A DNA stretch of 64,000 nt from Verrucomicrobiota bacterium (lineage in GTDB: Bacteria; Verrucomicrobiota; Verrucomicrobiia; Limisphaerales; Palsa-1400): positions 1,371 to 65,370 of the forward strand of contig JBEKYR010000025.1 of assembly GCA_049510745.1 (NCBI GenBank). The letters run 5' to 3'. The notes under the pieces are model-generated. The model was not told the origin of the DNA and made no database searches. It saw only the letters and a program-made list of their open reading frames with translations. Below are positions 28,996-37,459 of this stretch, in pieces. How positions within the stretch are numbered: position 1 is the stretch's first letter; the number at the start of each line of letters is the position of its first letter. The translations under genes and the position numbers were made by a program.

Positions 28996-29763
28996 TTACG
29001 GTTTGTCGAGCGGCCGCGTCAACGACCAGTGGGTATGGATGATGCGCCAACCGTCCGGGGTGCGCCGGTACATCTCGGTGCAATTCCACCGATGAGCCTG
29101 CCCCTCAGCATGGCCGGCGAAGTTGTACGTCAGCACTGCCGCCCCGCCACAGAGTTGCACCCGGGGATTTAACAGTTCGTAGGAATCGATATGGATTTGG
29201 CCGCGTATCGTCTCATACCGTGCGGTCAATGCTTCGAGGCCATCCACACGGCGTTCCAGCGTGTTATCAAAATAGCCGACCTCCGGAGCGGAAATCTCCA
29301 GAAACCCGGACGGATCGCCCTTGCCCCAGCGGTCCAGCGCCGCCCGCTCCATGGCGACGAGCGTGGTGGCGTCCTGCTCTTCCGTCGTCGTATTCTGTCC
29401 GCAGGTTCCGTCCGCCCGCCGGTGAAGGATCACGGTGTTGCCATCGGGGTCGCGCACCTCCACGGCCCAACAGACCCCGTAGTCGCGGGGTTCGCTGACA
29501 ACACTCACGCCTTTCTTCTTCAGCTCATCGTAAGCCGCGTGGATGTCCTCCACGGCCAGAGCGATCCGGCCGCCGGCAATCTCGCCGGGAAGTTTGGCGC
29601 CTCCGTGCAACGAGAGCGTCACCTGGCCGCAGTTGAACTCGGCCCATTGCGATTCTTCGCCGTAAATCTCCTGCGGCAGGCCGAGTGTGTCGCGGTAGAA
29701 CCGCGCGGCAGCGGCCAGGTCGGAAACTCGGAACATGACGAAATCAGTGCCACGAATTTTCAT
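28996..29763 (-). CDS. VOC (glyoxalase/bleomycin-resistance fold) domain fused to a SnoaL/DUF4440-like domain
   Basis: The ATG at 29763 gives MKIRGTDFVMFRVSDLAAAARFYRDTLGL...RDPDGNTVILH (VOC). This is followed by ..LVAMERAALDRWGKGDP...WNCTEMYRRTPDGWRIIHTHWS (NTF2-like). The ORF-track start at 29916 is an extension. Confidence 0.8.
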   Translation of the reverse strand: MKIRGTDFVMFRVSDLAAAARFYRDTLGLPQEIYGEESQWAEFNCGQVTLSLHGGAKLPGEIAGGRIALAVEDIHAAYDELKKKGVSVVSEPRDYGVCWAVEVRDPDGNTVILHRRADGTCGQNTTTEEQDATTLVAMERAALDRWGKGDPSGFLEISAPEVGYFDNTLERRVDGLEALTARYETIRGQIHIDSYELLNPRVQLCGGAAVLTYNFAGHAEGQAHRWNCTEMYRRTPDGWRIIHTHWSLTRPLDKP

Positions 29764-29780
29764 TTTCTTCCTCCTCCGGC

Positions 29781-29950
29781 TCAGGCTGTTTGCAGCACCA
29801 GCGTGATGGCGCGGTGAATCCGCTCCCAAATCGCCGTCTCTTCTTCCAGTTGCCTGCGCCCCGCGCGGGTCAGCGAATAAAATTTCGCCCGGCGGTTGTT
29901 GTCCGATTTCCCCCACTCCGCCGTGATCCAGCCCTTCTCCTCCATGCGGT
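29781..29950 (-). pseudogene. PadR-family transcriptional regulator, N-terminally truncated remnant
   Basis: My translation gives ..SSGLVLYRMEEKGWITAEWGKSDNNRRAKFYSLTRAGRRQLEEETAIWERIHRAITLVLQTA* with the stop at 29783-29781. The N-terminal wHTH helices are missing; the dapA-like gene's 3' end occupies that position. Confidence 0.5.
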
Positions 29951-29956
29951 AAAGAA

Positions 29957-30868
29957 CTAAGCCCGAAGAACCTTCAACGCCTTCCGCAGGCGGGCGCGTT
30001 CCGCGGCGGTGGGAATTAGCAGCGGGCGGCGCGGCGGGCCAACCGGCTGGCCGGCCAAACCGCAGGCGGCTTTGACGAACTGCGTGTATTTGCCGCCGCC
30101 TTCCATCAACTCCAGCAGAGGCAGCATCCCGAAAAACAGCTTTTGCGCCGCCGCCCAGTTCTTCCGAACCACCGTCAACTCATAAAGCTTCGCATGAGCC
30201 TTGGGCAGCACGTTGACCACGCCCCCGATCCAGCCGACGGCGCCCACCATCAGGCTTTCCAAGGCAATCGTGTCGCAGCCGCAGAAGACGCCCAGGCGGT
30301 CTCCGCATCGGCGGAGCAGCTCCGTGATGCGCGCCATCTCGCCGGTGCTTTCCTTGACGTAGCGGAGGTTGCTCAATCCGGCCAGGCGCTCGATAAACTC
30401 GGGCGGCATGTCCACGCCCGTGCGGCCCGGATAATTATAGAGGACGATAGGAATCCCGATGGCGTTGTTGACCGCGCGGAAATGAGCGAACAGCTCCTCC
30501 GGTCGCGGCAGCGAGTAATAGGGCGCGGCCAGCATCACCCCGTCGCAGCCAAGCTGCTCGGCCTGTCGCGCATAGGCGATGACGTCGCGGGTCGAGCCGG
30601 CGTTGGCGCCGGCTACCACCGGGACCCGTCCGGCGGCGGCTTCGATGGTGCCCCGCAGCACGCGCTCGCGCTCGGCGGCGGAGAGGGCGTAATACTCGCC
30701 GGTGCTGCCCAAAGGAATGAGGCCGTGAACACCCTCCCGGACCAGGTAATCGGTGAAATCGGCCAACCGGGGAAAATCGATTTCCTCGCTGGCCTTCATG
30801 GGGGTGACCGTCGCGGCGAAGACGCCCCGGAAGGCGCCGCGGTTTGTTTTGTGAGAACTCGTTTTCAA
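29957..30868 (-). CDS. DapA/DHDPS-family enzyme (probably a 2-keto-3-deoxy-sugar-acid aldolase or dehydratase)
   Basis: Contains FRGVFAATVTPMKASEEIDFPRLADFTDYLVREGVHGLIPLGSTGEY. TTG start at 30868 preceded by GAGGAA. Confidence 0.85.
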   Translation of the reverse strand: MKTSSHKTNRGAFRGVFAATVTPMKASEEIDFPRLADFTDYLVREGVHGLIPLGSTGEYYALSAAERERVLRGTIEAAAGRVPVVAGANAGSTRDVIAYARQAEQLGCDGVMLAAPYYSLPRPEELFAHFRAVNNAIGIPIVLYNYPGRTGVDMPPEFIERLAGLSNLRYVKESTGEMARITELLRRCGDRLGVFCGCDTIALESLMVGAVGWIGGVVNVLPKAHAKLYELTVVRKNWAAAQKLFFGMLPLLELMEGGGKYTQFVKAACGLAGQPVGPPRRPLLIPTAAERARLRKALKVLRA

Positions 30869-30878
30869 TTGGGATTCC

Positions 30879-32396
30879 TCATTTTTGCGTCGCTTCCGCC
30901 AACTGCATCCAGATGGTCTTCAGCTCGGTGTACTGGTAATGCGCAAAAACAGACTTGTCCCGGCCGAAGAACCCGGATTGCTTGAATCCGCCAAAGGGCG
31001 TGGCGGCGTCGCCCTCCGAGAAACAGTTGACCGAAACGGTGCCGGCGCGCAGGGCGCGGGCCACCCGATGGGCGCGGCTGACGTTCTGCGTATAAACCGA
31101 CGCCGTCAGGCCGTACGAGGTGTCGTTGGCCAGGGCGATGGCTTCCTCTTCGCTGTCGAAGGAGAGCACTGAGAGGACCGGGCCAAAAATCTCCTCCCGG
31201 GCGATGCGCATGGAGGGCTTGACCTGGTCGAAGATGGTGGCTTCGACGAAATAGCCGCCGGTTTTGAGCAAAGTGCGTTGGCCGCCCAGCGCCAGGCGGG
31301 CGCCTTCCTTCTTTCCGCTCTCGATGTAATCAAGCACCTTCTTCAGATGGGTTTCCTCGATCATCGGGCCGATTTTGGTGGCCGGATCGAGCGGGTCGCC
31401 CACAATCCATTCCTTGCTCACCTCCAGCATCTTTGCCAGAAGCTTGTCTTTGAGCTTGCGATGGACGATGAGCCGCGAGCCGGAACTGCAGTTCTCACCC
31501 ATGTTCCAGAACACGCAGTTGACGGCTTGCCGCGCCACCTCATCCAGGTCTCCCGCGTCTTCCAGCACGACCTGCGGATTCTTCCCGCCCAGTTCGAGCA
31601 CGACCCGCTTGAGATTGGATTCCGCGGCGTAGTTCAGGAGCTGGCGCCCCACCTCGGTCGAGCCGGTGAACGCGACCGCGTCCACGTCCATGTGCCGGCA
31701 GAGCGCGGCGCCGATGACTGCGCCGTTGCCGGGCACGATGTTGAGGACACCCTCGGGAAGGCCGGCTTCGGCGGCGATTTCCGCCAGGCGCAGAGCGCTC
31801 AAGGAGGTCTGGCGCGCCGGCTTGACGACGACGCTATTGCCCGTGGCCAGGATGGGGCCGAGCTTCCAGCCGGCCATCTGGACGGGGAAATTCCAGGGCA
31901 GGATGGCGCCCACCACGCCCAGCGGTTCGCGGACAATCATGGCGACATTGCCCGGGCCGGTGGGGGCGACCTTCTCATATTCCTTGTCGATCGCTTCGGC
32001 GTGCCAGCGGAAACAATTCACGGTATCGGGCACGTCCATGGTCAGGCAATCGGCGATCGGTTTGCCGGCATCGAGGCAGTCCAGCAGAGCCAGTTCGTCG
32101 AGGTTCTTCTCCAGCAAGTCCGCAAAATGAAGCAGCACGCGCTTTCGTTCCGCCGGGGAGCGTCTGGCCCAAACCCCTTTGTCAAAAGAGCGTCGCGCGG
32201 CCTTGACGGCCTTGTCCACATCCGCGCTCTCGCAGGAGGCGATTTTGGCCAGCGGCTGGCCGGTGGCGGGATTGATCGAAACGTAAGTCTGGCCGGAAGC
32301 GGCCTCGACGAATTGGCCGTCGATGAAGGCCCGGGTGCGAAACCTGAGTTTGGCGGCCGCGGCTTTGATGGCTTTGGGTTCGAGTTTAAGGCTCAT
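30879..32396 (-). CDS. NAD(P)-dependent aldehyde dehydrogenase
   Basis: The ATG at 32396 gives MSLKLEPKAIK...FIDGQFVEA. Also present: FTGSTEVGR and the ELGGKNP..NMGENCSSGSR catalytic region. The ORF-track extension to 32672 reads through the tRNA fragment (..SSALPTELS..) and is spurious. Confidence 0.9.
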   Translation of the reverse strand: MSLKLEPKAIKAAAAKLRFRTRAFIDGQFVEAASGQTYVSINPATGQPLAKIASCESADVDKAVKAARRSFDKGVWARRSPAERKRVLLHFADLLEKNLDELALLDCLDAGKPIADCLTMDVPDTVNCFRWHAEAIDKEYEKVAPTGPGNVAMIVREPLGVVGAILPWNFPVQMAGWKLGPILATGNSVVVKPARQTSLSALRLAEIAAEAGLPEGVLNIVPGNGAVIGAALCRHMDVDAVAFTGSTEVGRQLLNYAAESNLKRVVLELGGKNPQVVLEDAGDLDEVARQAVNCVFWNMGENCSSGSRLIVHRKLKDKLLAKMLEVSKEWIVGDPLDPATKIGPMIEETHLKKVLDYIESGKKEGARLALGGQRTLLKTGGYFVEATIFDQVKPSMRIAREEIFGPVLSVLSFDSEEEAIALANDTSYGLTASVYTQNVSRAHRVARALRAGTVSVNCFSEGDAATPFGGFKQSGFFGRDKSVFAHYQYTELKTIWMQLAEATQK

Positions 32397-32563
32397 AAAG
32401 TAATTGGGTTGCCAAGCACGAGCGCAGCCTGCCAGAAAACCCGCCCAAGTCAACCAGTTTGGAAAAGTCCATCCGGGCCGCTTTTTAAGGGCCTGCATTT
32501 CCGTGGCCGCTTGTGGCATTGTGGCGGCGTGTTGCAGCGGATATTCGGTGCTGCAATGGTGTT

Positions 32564-32604
32564 GGCAGGATAGCTCAGTTGGTAAAGCAGAGGACTGAAA
32601 ATCC
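32564..32604 (+). tRNA. Truncated tRNA-Phe(GAA), 5' half only (copy 1)
   Basis: GGCAGGATAGCTCAGTTGGTAAAGCAGAGGACTGAAAATCC covers the acceptor 5' strand, D-arm, anticodon stem 5' strand and loop CTGAAAA. Similarity stops in the 3' strand of the anticodon stem. No T-arm or acceptor 3' strand follows. Confidence 0.8.
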
Positions 32605-32791
32605 GATAACACATTTTTTGCTGTCATTTGCATTGTCGTGCAATCGCTGATTTCCCTCGTAACCAGACCCAAGCTGATGCTTTCTCCTTTGGCCGGTTTT
32701 GGCCATGCTATGCCATAAAAACTCGTTCAGGGATGCAAAAAGGGATACAAAGAAACTCGTATTGACACAGCCGGAGCCGCATCCGGACGCC

Positions 32792-33214
32792 TCAAGGAGT
32801 AATGAGTTGAACGTCTGGAAAATAGGTTTTAACGCGATCCGGGTCGCGCGTGACGAGCTTCATTCCGTCGGCCTTGGCATGAGCGCCTATCAGGAAGTCC
32901 GGGAGAGGAACGCGGTTTTCAGTTTTCCGTCCGTCTTTCTTCAATCGGTCCAAGTAGATGGCAAATGCCGTTGCGGCCGGAATCGCTGCTGAAATTGGCA
33001 AGGGCGCCAGCTTCAGACCCAAGCCTTCGAGCAAAGCGGGGACAGCGTCCCGGTTTTCGGCGCGCACCGACGCCTCGCTACCGACGATGGTGTTCACAGC
33101 GCCTCCTTCGCCGCCTTCCTGAACCGCCGCCGCAATCTGGCGCTTGGCCCAATCGTGAAACGGGCTGTCGGGATCGCGGGCATCAATGACAACGCTGCTG
33201 TCAAACAGAATCAC
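32792..33214 (-). CDS. vapC: PIN-domain toxin VapC
   Basis: 140 aa. ILFDSSVVIDARD...PLPDFLIGAHAKADGMKLVTRDPD is PIN-like. The GTG start overlaps the antitoxin stop (GTGA). Confidence 0.85.
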   Translation of the reverse strand: MILFDSSVVIDARDPDSPFHDWAKRQIAAAVQEGGEGGAVNTIVGSEASVRAENRDAVPALLEGLGLKLAPLPISAAIPAATAFAIYLDRLKKDGRKTENRVPLPDFLIGAHAKADGMKLVTRDPDRVKTYFPDVQLITP

Positions 33215-33459
33215 CGGGTCTCCTTTTTGATTTCATCCCAGCTTTTCGTAAACCGAAGCGGACTGCTTTCAATTGCGGCCATTGCCTCGGCGAAGGTCGG
33301 TCTGCGACGGGGCAGTTCCACCTTCCGCAGCAGAACCTCGTTCTCGCCGAGGACTTCCGGTTCGTAATAGTCGCCGGGCCGGAGCACGGAAAGCTCAATT
33401 CGATGCGCCTCATCTACTTTTACAGCGTTCACGAGAGCAATCTTCCACCAAAGCGGCAT
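33211..33459 (-). CDS. AbrB/SpoVT-type antitoxin (VapB-like)
   Basis: The ATG at 33459 gives MPLWWKIALVNAVKVDEAHRIELSVLRPGDYYEPEVLGENEVLLRKVE.., a looped-hinge-helix-like fold. It has a 4-nt overlap with vapC. Confidence 0.75.
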   Translation of the reverse strand: MPLWWKIALVNAVKVDEAHRIELSVLRPGDYYEPEVLGENEVLLRKVELPRRRPTFAEAMAAIESSPLRFTKSWDEIKKETR

Positions 33460-33464
33460 TGTTT

Positions 33465-33720
33465 TCAAGCCCGTCCTTGCCGACAAATCGACCCGGCGCG
33501 AGAGCGGCGGCTGAATGGTAAGGCGATTGATCGGGGGCCAATTCGCGTCCTGCCGGCGGCTTGTTTCATCTCGGCGACGCGGCAGCCGGTGAAACTCAAA
33601 AATTGCACCCGGCCGTCGGCGAACGTGCCGACTTCCGCTTTGGGCTTCCGCAACTCCTTGAGTTTGTCCGGGAGCCGTGCCTTGGCCGCTGAAAATACGT
33701 CCGTGTCCAAACTTGCGCAA
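33465..33720 (-). pseudogene. Tyrosine recombinase (integrase) remnant, frameshifted
   Basis: ORF 33465..33710 contains ..FLSFTGCRVAEMKQ.., matching the integrase TG-x-R-x-x-E box I region. A neighbouring frame continues with ..NRLTIQPP... It is only about 80 codons long and sits next to tRNA fragment copy 2. Confidence 0.4.
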
Positions 33721-33768
33721 ACGGGCTTGCCATTAACCTTACAACGTGCATAGTATGAACGCGGGTCA

Positions 33769-33810
<42 letters not shown>

Positions 33811-33936
33811 AAAAGGCTATGTAAGCATAGGTTTAACTGCGTTCGGGTGCGTTAAGCAGTACGGGAGCTATCCAATTGATATTCAGGACTTAGCATAGTT
33901 TTTCAGACCTTTTCCATCGTAAAAGCTAGAATTCTC

Positions 33937-33961
33937 AAAAGAATAACACTGTTATTCTTTT
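33937..33961. terminator. Perfect 11-bp hairpin AAAAGAATAAC-act-GTTATTCTTTT (bidirectional terminator-like)
   Basis: Read directly from the sequence, in an AT-rich non-coding stretch to the right of tRNA fragment 2. Confidence 0.4.
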
Positions 33962-34041
33962 GCCGGGGAATACAAGGTAGCAGTCTGGAGCCTCACTGGC
34001 GGCCAGCTTAAAGGAGCGCAAGTTGCTTTCGGTTCGGCTCG

Positions 34042-34311
34042 GTGCTGATCTTCCCGGCCGAAGACTCTCTGGTGGTTGTGCGTCAGCGGCTGGAAGGCAT
34101 CGCTGCGACCGCGCAGATGCCCTTTGCCTCCCTGCCGGTGGAAGTCGTTACCGACCCTTCGCTTCGGCTGGATACCCCAACCGACCGCTCACGCCTCTGC
34201 CACACAGTCCAACAACTCCGGCCCATGCTGCTGATCTTGGACCCACTGATCCGCCTGCACCGGGTGGATGAAAACGACGCCACCAGATCGCCGCGCTGCT
34301 CTCTTAGTTGA
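34042..34311 (+). pseudogene. AAA_25/RepA-like (RecA-fold primase-helicase) fragment
   Basis: MLIFPAEDSLVVVRQRLEGIA...LRPMLLILDPLIRLHRVDENDA matches the Walker-B-distal part of island-borne AAA_25 ATPases (..lvilDPl.rlh..dEN.a). It lacks the Walker A region and the C-terminus. Confidence 0.5.
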
Positions 34312-34354
34312 GCAGGCGTTCTTTGAGACTGGTCATTTGTTCAATACACTAAAT

Positions 34355-34387
34355 GAGCACGATAAACATGTCACGTTTATCGTGCTC
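34355..34387. repeat. Perfect 13-bp inverted repeat GAGCACGATAAAC-atgtcac-GTTTATCGTGCTC
   Basis: Read directly from the sequence. No T-run follows. It lies in an AT-rich gap between gene fragments. Confidence 0.7.
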
Positions 34388-34606
34388 AATATGAGAATTA
34401 TGTCGGTTTCAAGTTTTGCCAAGTGGCTTTAGGTGTGGCGCATTGAGCCAGATATCCAGGATCTGCCAAACAGGACAGGCAATTTGCTAACTTTTGGCCC
34501 TGCCGCTAATCCCCACAAGCAATTTTGGAAATGGAGCCGAATTCACTTGAAATATTTGTAATAGCGCCTCGAAGGGGGGTGCGGGAAACGAAGAGATTAC
34601 GAGTAA

Positions 34607-34750
34607 AAGTCGCAGCTTCCACTCCCCGAGTCCGCCAGCAGCGACAAGATCGTGACCCGCCCCGAAAAGGACTTGTTTCCGACGCCGAAGGAAATTGACC
34701 TCGATTGTTCCTGCCAGGACCGGGCTGATCTGTGCAAGCATGTGGCAGCT
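34607..34750 (+). pseudogene. SWIM zinc-finger protein fragment
   Basis: My translation gives ..KDLFPTPKEIDLDCSCQDRADLCKHVAAHF.., the CxC-x(n)-CxH SWIM signature. It has no start codon and diverges right after the motif. Confidence 0.5.
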
Positions 34751-34754
34751 CACT

Positions 34755-34871
34755 TTTCAATGGTTTCGGCATTATTTCATTTCCCACGCGGTCATGGCTG
34801 GGATTGATTATAAGACGATCGCCTATTGCCGCCGCAGAGAGCCTGATTTAACCTCGGGGAGAGATAAGTGA
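34755..34871 (+). pseudogene. Tyrosine recombinase C-terminal fragment fused behind the SWIM fragment
   Basis: ..FRHYFISHAVMAGIDYKTIAYCRRREPDLTSGRDK* matches the integrase box II region (R-H-x-F-x-S...aG.d..tIa). The catalytic Tyr region is absent. Confidence 0.5.
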
Positions 34872-35152
34872 TTCGAACGCGCTGCTCGCGCACTGGTTGC
34901 CACATTGGCACTCAGCAAAAAGACGGGATTGTCGGCGGCCCCGAAATGCCGGTTACCTTAGACCGCATTTTTTCAAGCAGGCAGATTCTCACTGAAGGAA
35001 GGGGGCACAAATTCCTGCATCGTTTGTCCATTGGTCAACGGTTCCAACAATACTCCGACAAAGCCGAAGTGGCGTCTCAAAAACTGCGAAAGTTCACTTT
35101 CCAGAAGTGGGGACTTAATCCCAAAGCCGGACTTTATTCGACGCCCCAGGGG

Positions 35153-35980
35153 CTAGAGCGCTTGAATCTCAACTTGGATGTGTTCGGGTTCAGTCCGGTC
35201 AGCCGACACCGTTATGATGTGAGTCGACACGTTGCTCGTCTGCATAGGCCGAGGCCGCAACTTGTCGCTGAAGACCACGTGGCAATGGCGGGCCAAGACG
35301 CGAGTCTTCTCTTGGAATTCAGGCAGTTGTGCCCAGCCTCCATTCAGAATAATGAGCGTTCCATTGCTGTTGCTCATCCGCGGCCACGCCTTGGCGAATT
35401 CCTCGTGCAACTTCTGGGTGTGCAAAAGGTTGTCGAAGTACCGCAAGTTGGGGACAGGGACAAACCAGTCCGGCGCGTGGGAGTCCAAACCTAGAACCTC
35501 CCGACGTTTGGTGGAGAGGAGCCGGCAGGAATGCCCAAGGGCCGTCACCAGGAAGGTAACCAACGTCTCACGCTCCCCCTGCACCAAGGTGAGGCCCTCC
35601 GTTTTTGCAATAATAGTTTTCAGGCAGCTCACGTTGACCCGGTCGTGCGAAAGCCGCGGATGTTCCACCACGGGACGGCAGCGGCAGAAGTCGGGGTCGT
35701 TGAGAATGTGGTGTCGCAGAGATGCTGGCAACATCTCCAACATACGGAGCAGCGCTTCCGGGGAGGGTTGCCCATCGCCATTGAGCCAGTTGCCCAGCGT
35801 GCTCTTCGGCTCTCCGATCACCTCGAACCACTCTTCATATTTCAGCGCACGCCCGGAAATCCCGTCGATCGCAGTCCGAAGGCGGCGCAGCAACAGGGTT
35901 CCACGTTGCAGCCCCGGTCCATATTTCCAGGGGAGTTTTGTGTCGGGGGCAGGAGTGCTTTGTGCAGACGATTTTTTCAT
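35153..35980 (-). CDS. Hypothetical protein with N-terminal HTH-like segment
   Basis: The ATG at 35980 gives MKKSSAQSTPAPDTK.. followed by LRRLRTAIDGISGRALKYEEWFEVIGEPKSTLGNWLNGDGQPSPEALLRMLEML (XRE-like HTH). The C-terminal part (GLTLVQGERETLVTFLVTALG ... TLIILNGGW) looks like a degenerate P-loop fold. The ORF-track start at 36490 is an extension. Confidence 0.6.
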   Translation of the reverse strand: MKKSSAQSTPAPDTKLPWKYGPGLQRGTLLLRRLRTAIDGISGRALKYEEWFEVIGEPKSTLGNWLNGDGQPSPEALLRMLEMLPASLRHHILNDPDFCRCRPVVEHPRLSHDRVNVSCLKTIIAKTEGLTLVQGERETLVTFLVTALGHSCRLLSTKRREVLGLDSHAPDWFVPVPNLRYFDNLLHTQKLHEEFAKAWPRMSNSNGTLIILNGGWAQLPEFQEKTRVLARHCHVVFSDKLRPRPMQTSNVSTHIITVSADRTEPEHIQVEIQAL

Positions 35981-36554
35981 GTTTTCGTGTTTGATGGCAA
36001 ACTCGGCCGGAGCGGCGAGGGCATGCCGGATGGCTCCAAGCGTCCGAAAAATGGGAATAATTCCAGATTTTGGGATAAAAACGTCTGTATTGGGAAAAGA
36101 CTTTCGCTCCCGCGCGTTCGGGGGTGAGATGCCCGCATGCAGGAGGCATGGAAACAACAGAACCAGAGAGAAAGGCCCAACCCGGAAACGGCCTCCTTGG
36201 CGCGGCATGAACTGGCCCTGAGGACCAAACCGCAGCGAGATTCCAAGCTCTTGACAGCCCTCGTCGTCGAGCAGTTCCGGCCCGCGCTCCACCAAGGCGC
36301 GCAGGAGCTTTGCCAGGCTGCCTCTGGGCCATGGATTATGAGGGACGATGTTGCCCGGCGCCTCGGCGGGAGAGATGACGGCCGTTTTATAGGCTACAGC
36401 CGCGACTGGATGGAGGTCCGGGCTCACCCCCGGACCAAAGACCCTGTTCCCGGAAGGATACGTTATAAAAGGGCCAAGTCTGGCGGCCACCGAAGATCCT
36501 GTGTGCCAGATTTAAAGGCCCAGCTTGAGGAATAATTTGGTCCACGCGTAATTC

Positions 36555-37253
36555 ATGCACCACAACCAAGTTTTAGCTGTCCTTCAGCAACACGGCTTTG
36601 CCGAAGGACGCCTGATCGCGATGTCGAAAAGCAGCTACTGCAAGCGGCACCGCAGCCACTTTGTTGTTTTCAATGCCCAGGTTTGCAGCCTCGGTGGTCG
36701 AGTGCTCAAGCAGGCAGACCTGGACTTGGACTTGGACGCGGAGAAGCTCACTGCGGCAGCGCGCGCCGTGGGAGAAAACCTCTTCGTGCTCTTCGAGAAC
36801 GATCCAAGTCCTTTTTGGGAATCCGGTTCGATACCGATGTCCCAGGTCCTGCGGGACGCGGTCTGGTGGACGCGGATCCATCGGCAGGACGAGGACCTCT
36901 TTCTCCCCATGAATTCTGGTCCCCTGAAGAGAAAGCGGGTTCGATTACGTTGCAGCATGGGCCGTTGGCAAAACCAGCCAGCCTATTCTGTGGACTTGTG
37001 GGACAATCCGGACTGGGGGAGCGGTCGCAACATGTCCGGCGCGGTCGTTCAGGTGTTGGGAAACCCGCCCAGGAGGGGTCTTAGGCCGACGGAGAAAGAT
37101 GAGGTTTTCACCGCCGAAACCTCCAAGGGCCGGGGTCGCCCTGTGCGTCCTGTGTTTTACCACCGCGTCGGATTGCTGGACTATGTTTGGTTCAGTCACG
37201 GCGCCGCCGTCCCGGCGATCTTGTATGACCACACGGTTCGACTGTTGGATTAG
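36555..37253 (+). CDS. Hypothetical protein (232 aa)
   Basis: ATG-initiated ORF, divergent from 35153..35980 and upstream of the metallophosphoesterase. No motif recognised. Confidence 0.55.
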   Translation: MHHNQVLAVLQQHGFAEGRLIAMSKSSYCKRHRSHFVVFNAQVCSLGGRVLKQADLDLDLDAEKLTAAARAVGENLFVLFENDPSPFWESGSIPMSQVLRDAVWWTRIHRQDEDLFLPMNSGPLKRKRVRLRCSMGRWQNQPAYSVDLWDNPDWGSGRNMSGAVVQVLGNPPRRGLRPTEKDEVFTAETSKGRGRPVRPVFYHRVGLLDYVWFSHGAAVPAILYDHTVRLLD

Positions 37254-37459
37254 GTAAGATTCACGAGGCACAGGGATAGTTCGGCTATACATTTGCGCCA
37301 GGCAGGCGAAGTCGTAGGACTGTTTTGGCCATGTGGTATTTCTGCGCCGGAAGTTCTTGCCCATGCGCGTCGGCGGTTGTTCCGACAATTTGCAAAAAGC
37401 ACAGAGGCCGTGGAGAATCCTCGCTGAGTTGTGGACGATATGCTCACAGGAAACCCAAC

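Noticed and set aside
32397-32672. N-terminal extension of the aldehyde dehydrogenase ORF (track start 32672).
   Set aside because: The extension reads through the antisense of the tRNA-Phe fragment (..SSALPTELS.., a classic tRNA-translation artefact). The internal ATG at 32396 gives a normal ALDH N-terminus.
34868-35494. 208-aa plus-strand ORF after the integrase fragment.
   Set aside because: Its second half is antisense to the better-supported HTH protein gene (35153..35980). It has no motif and begins with a non-ATG codon directly at the stop of the integrase fragment.
37325-37459. ATG at 37325 as the start of the metallophosphoesterase.
   Set aside because: The 45 extra residues (MAMWYFCAGSSCPCASAVVPTICKKHRG..) are unlike MPE N-termini, which start just before the DxH strand. 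GTG at 37460 has an AGGAAA upstream. I kept 37325 as an alternative only.
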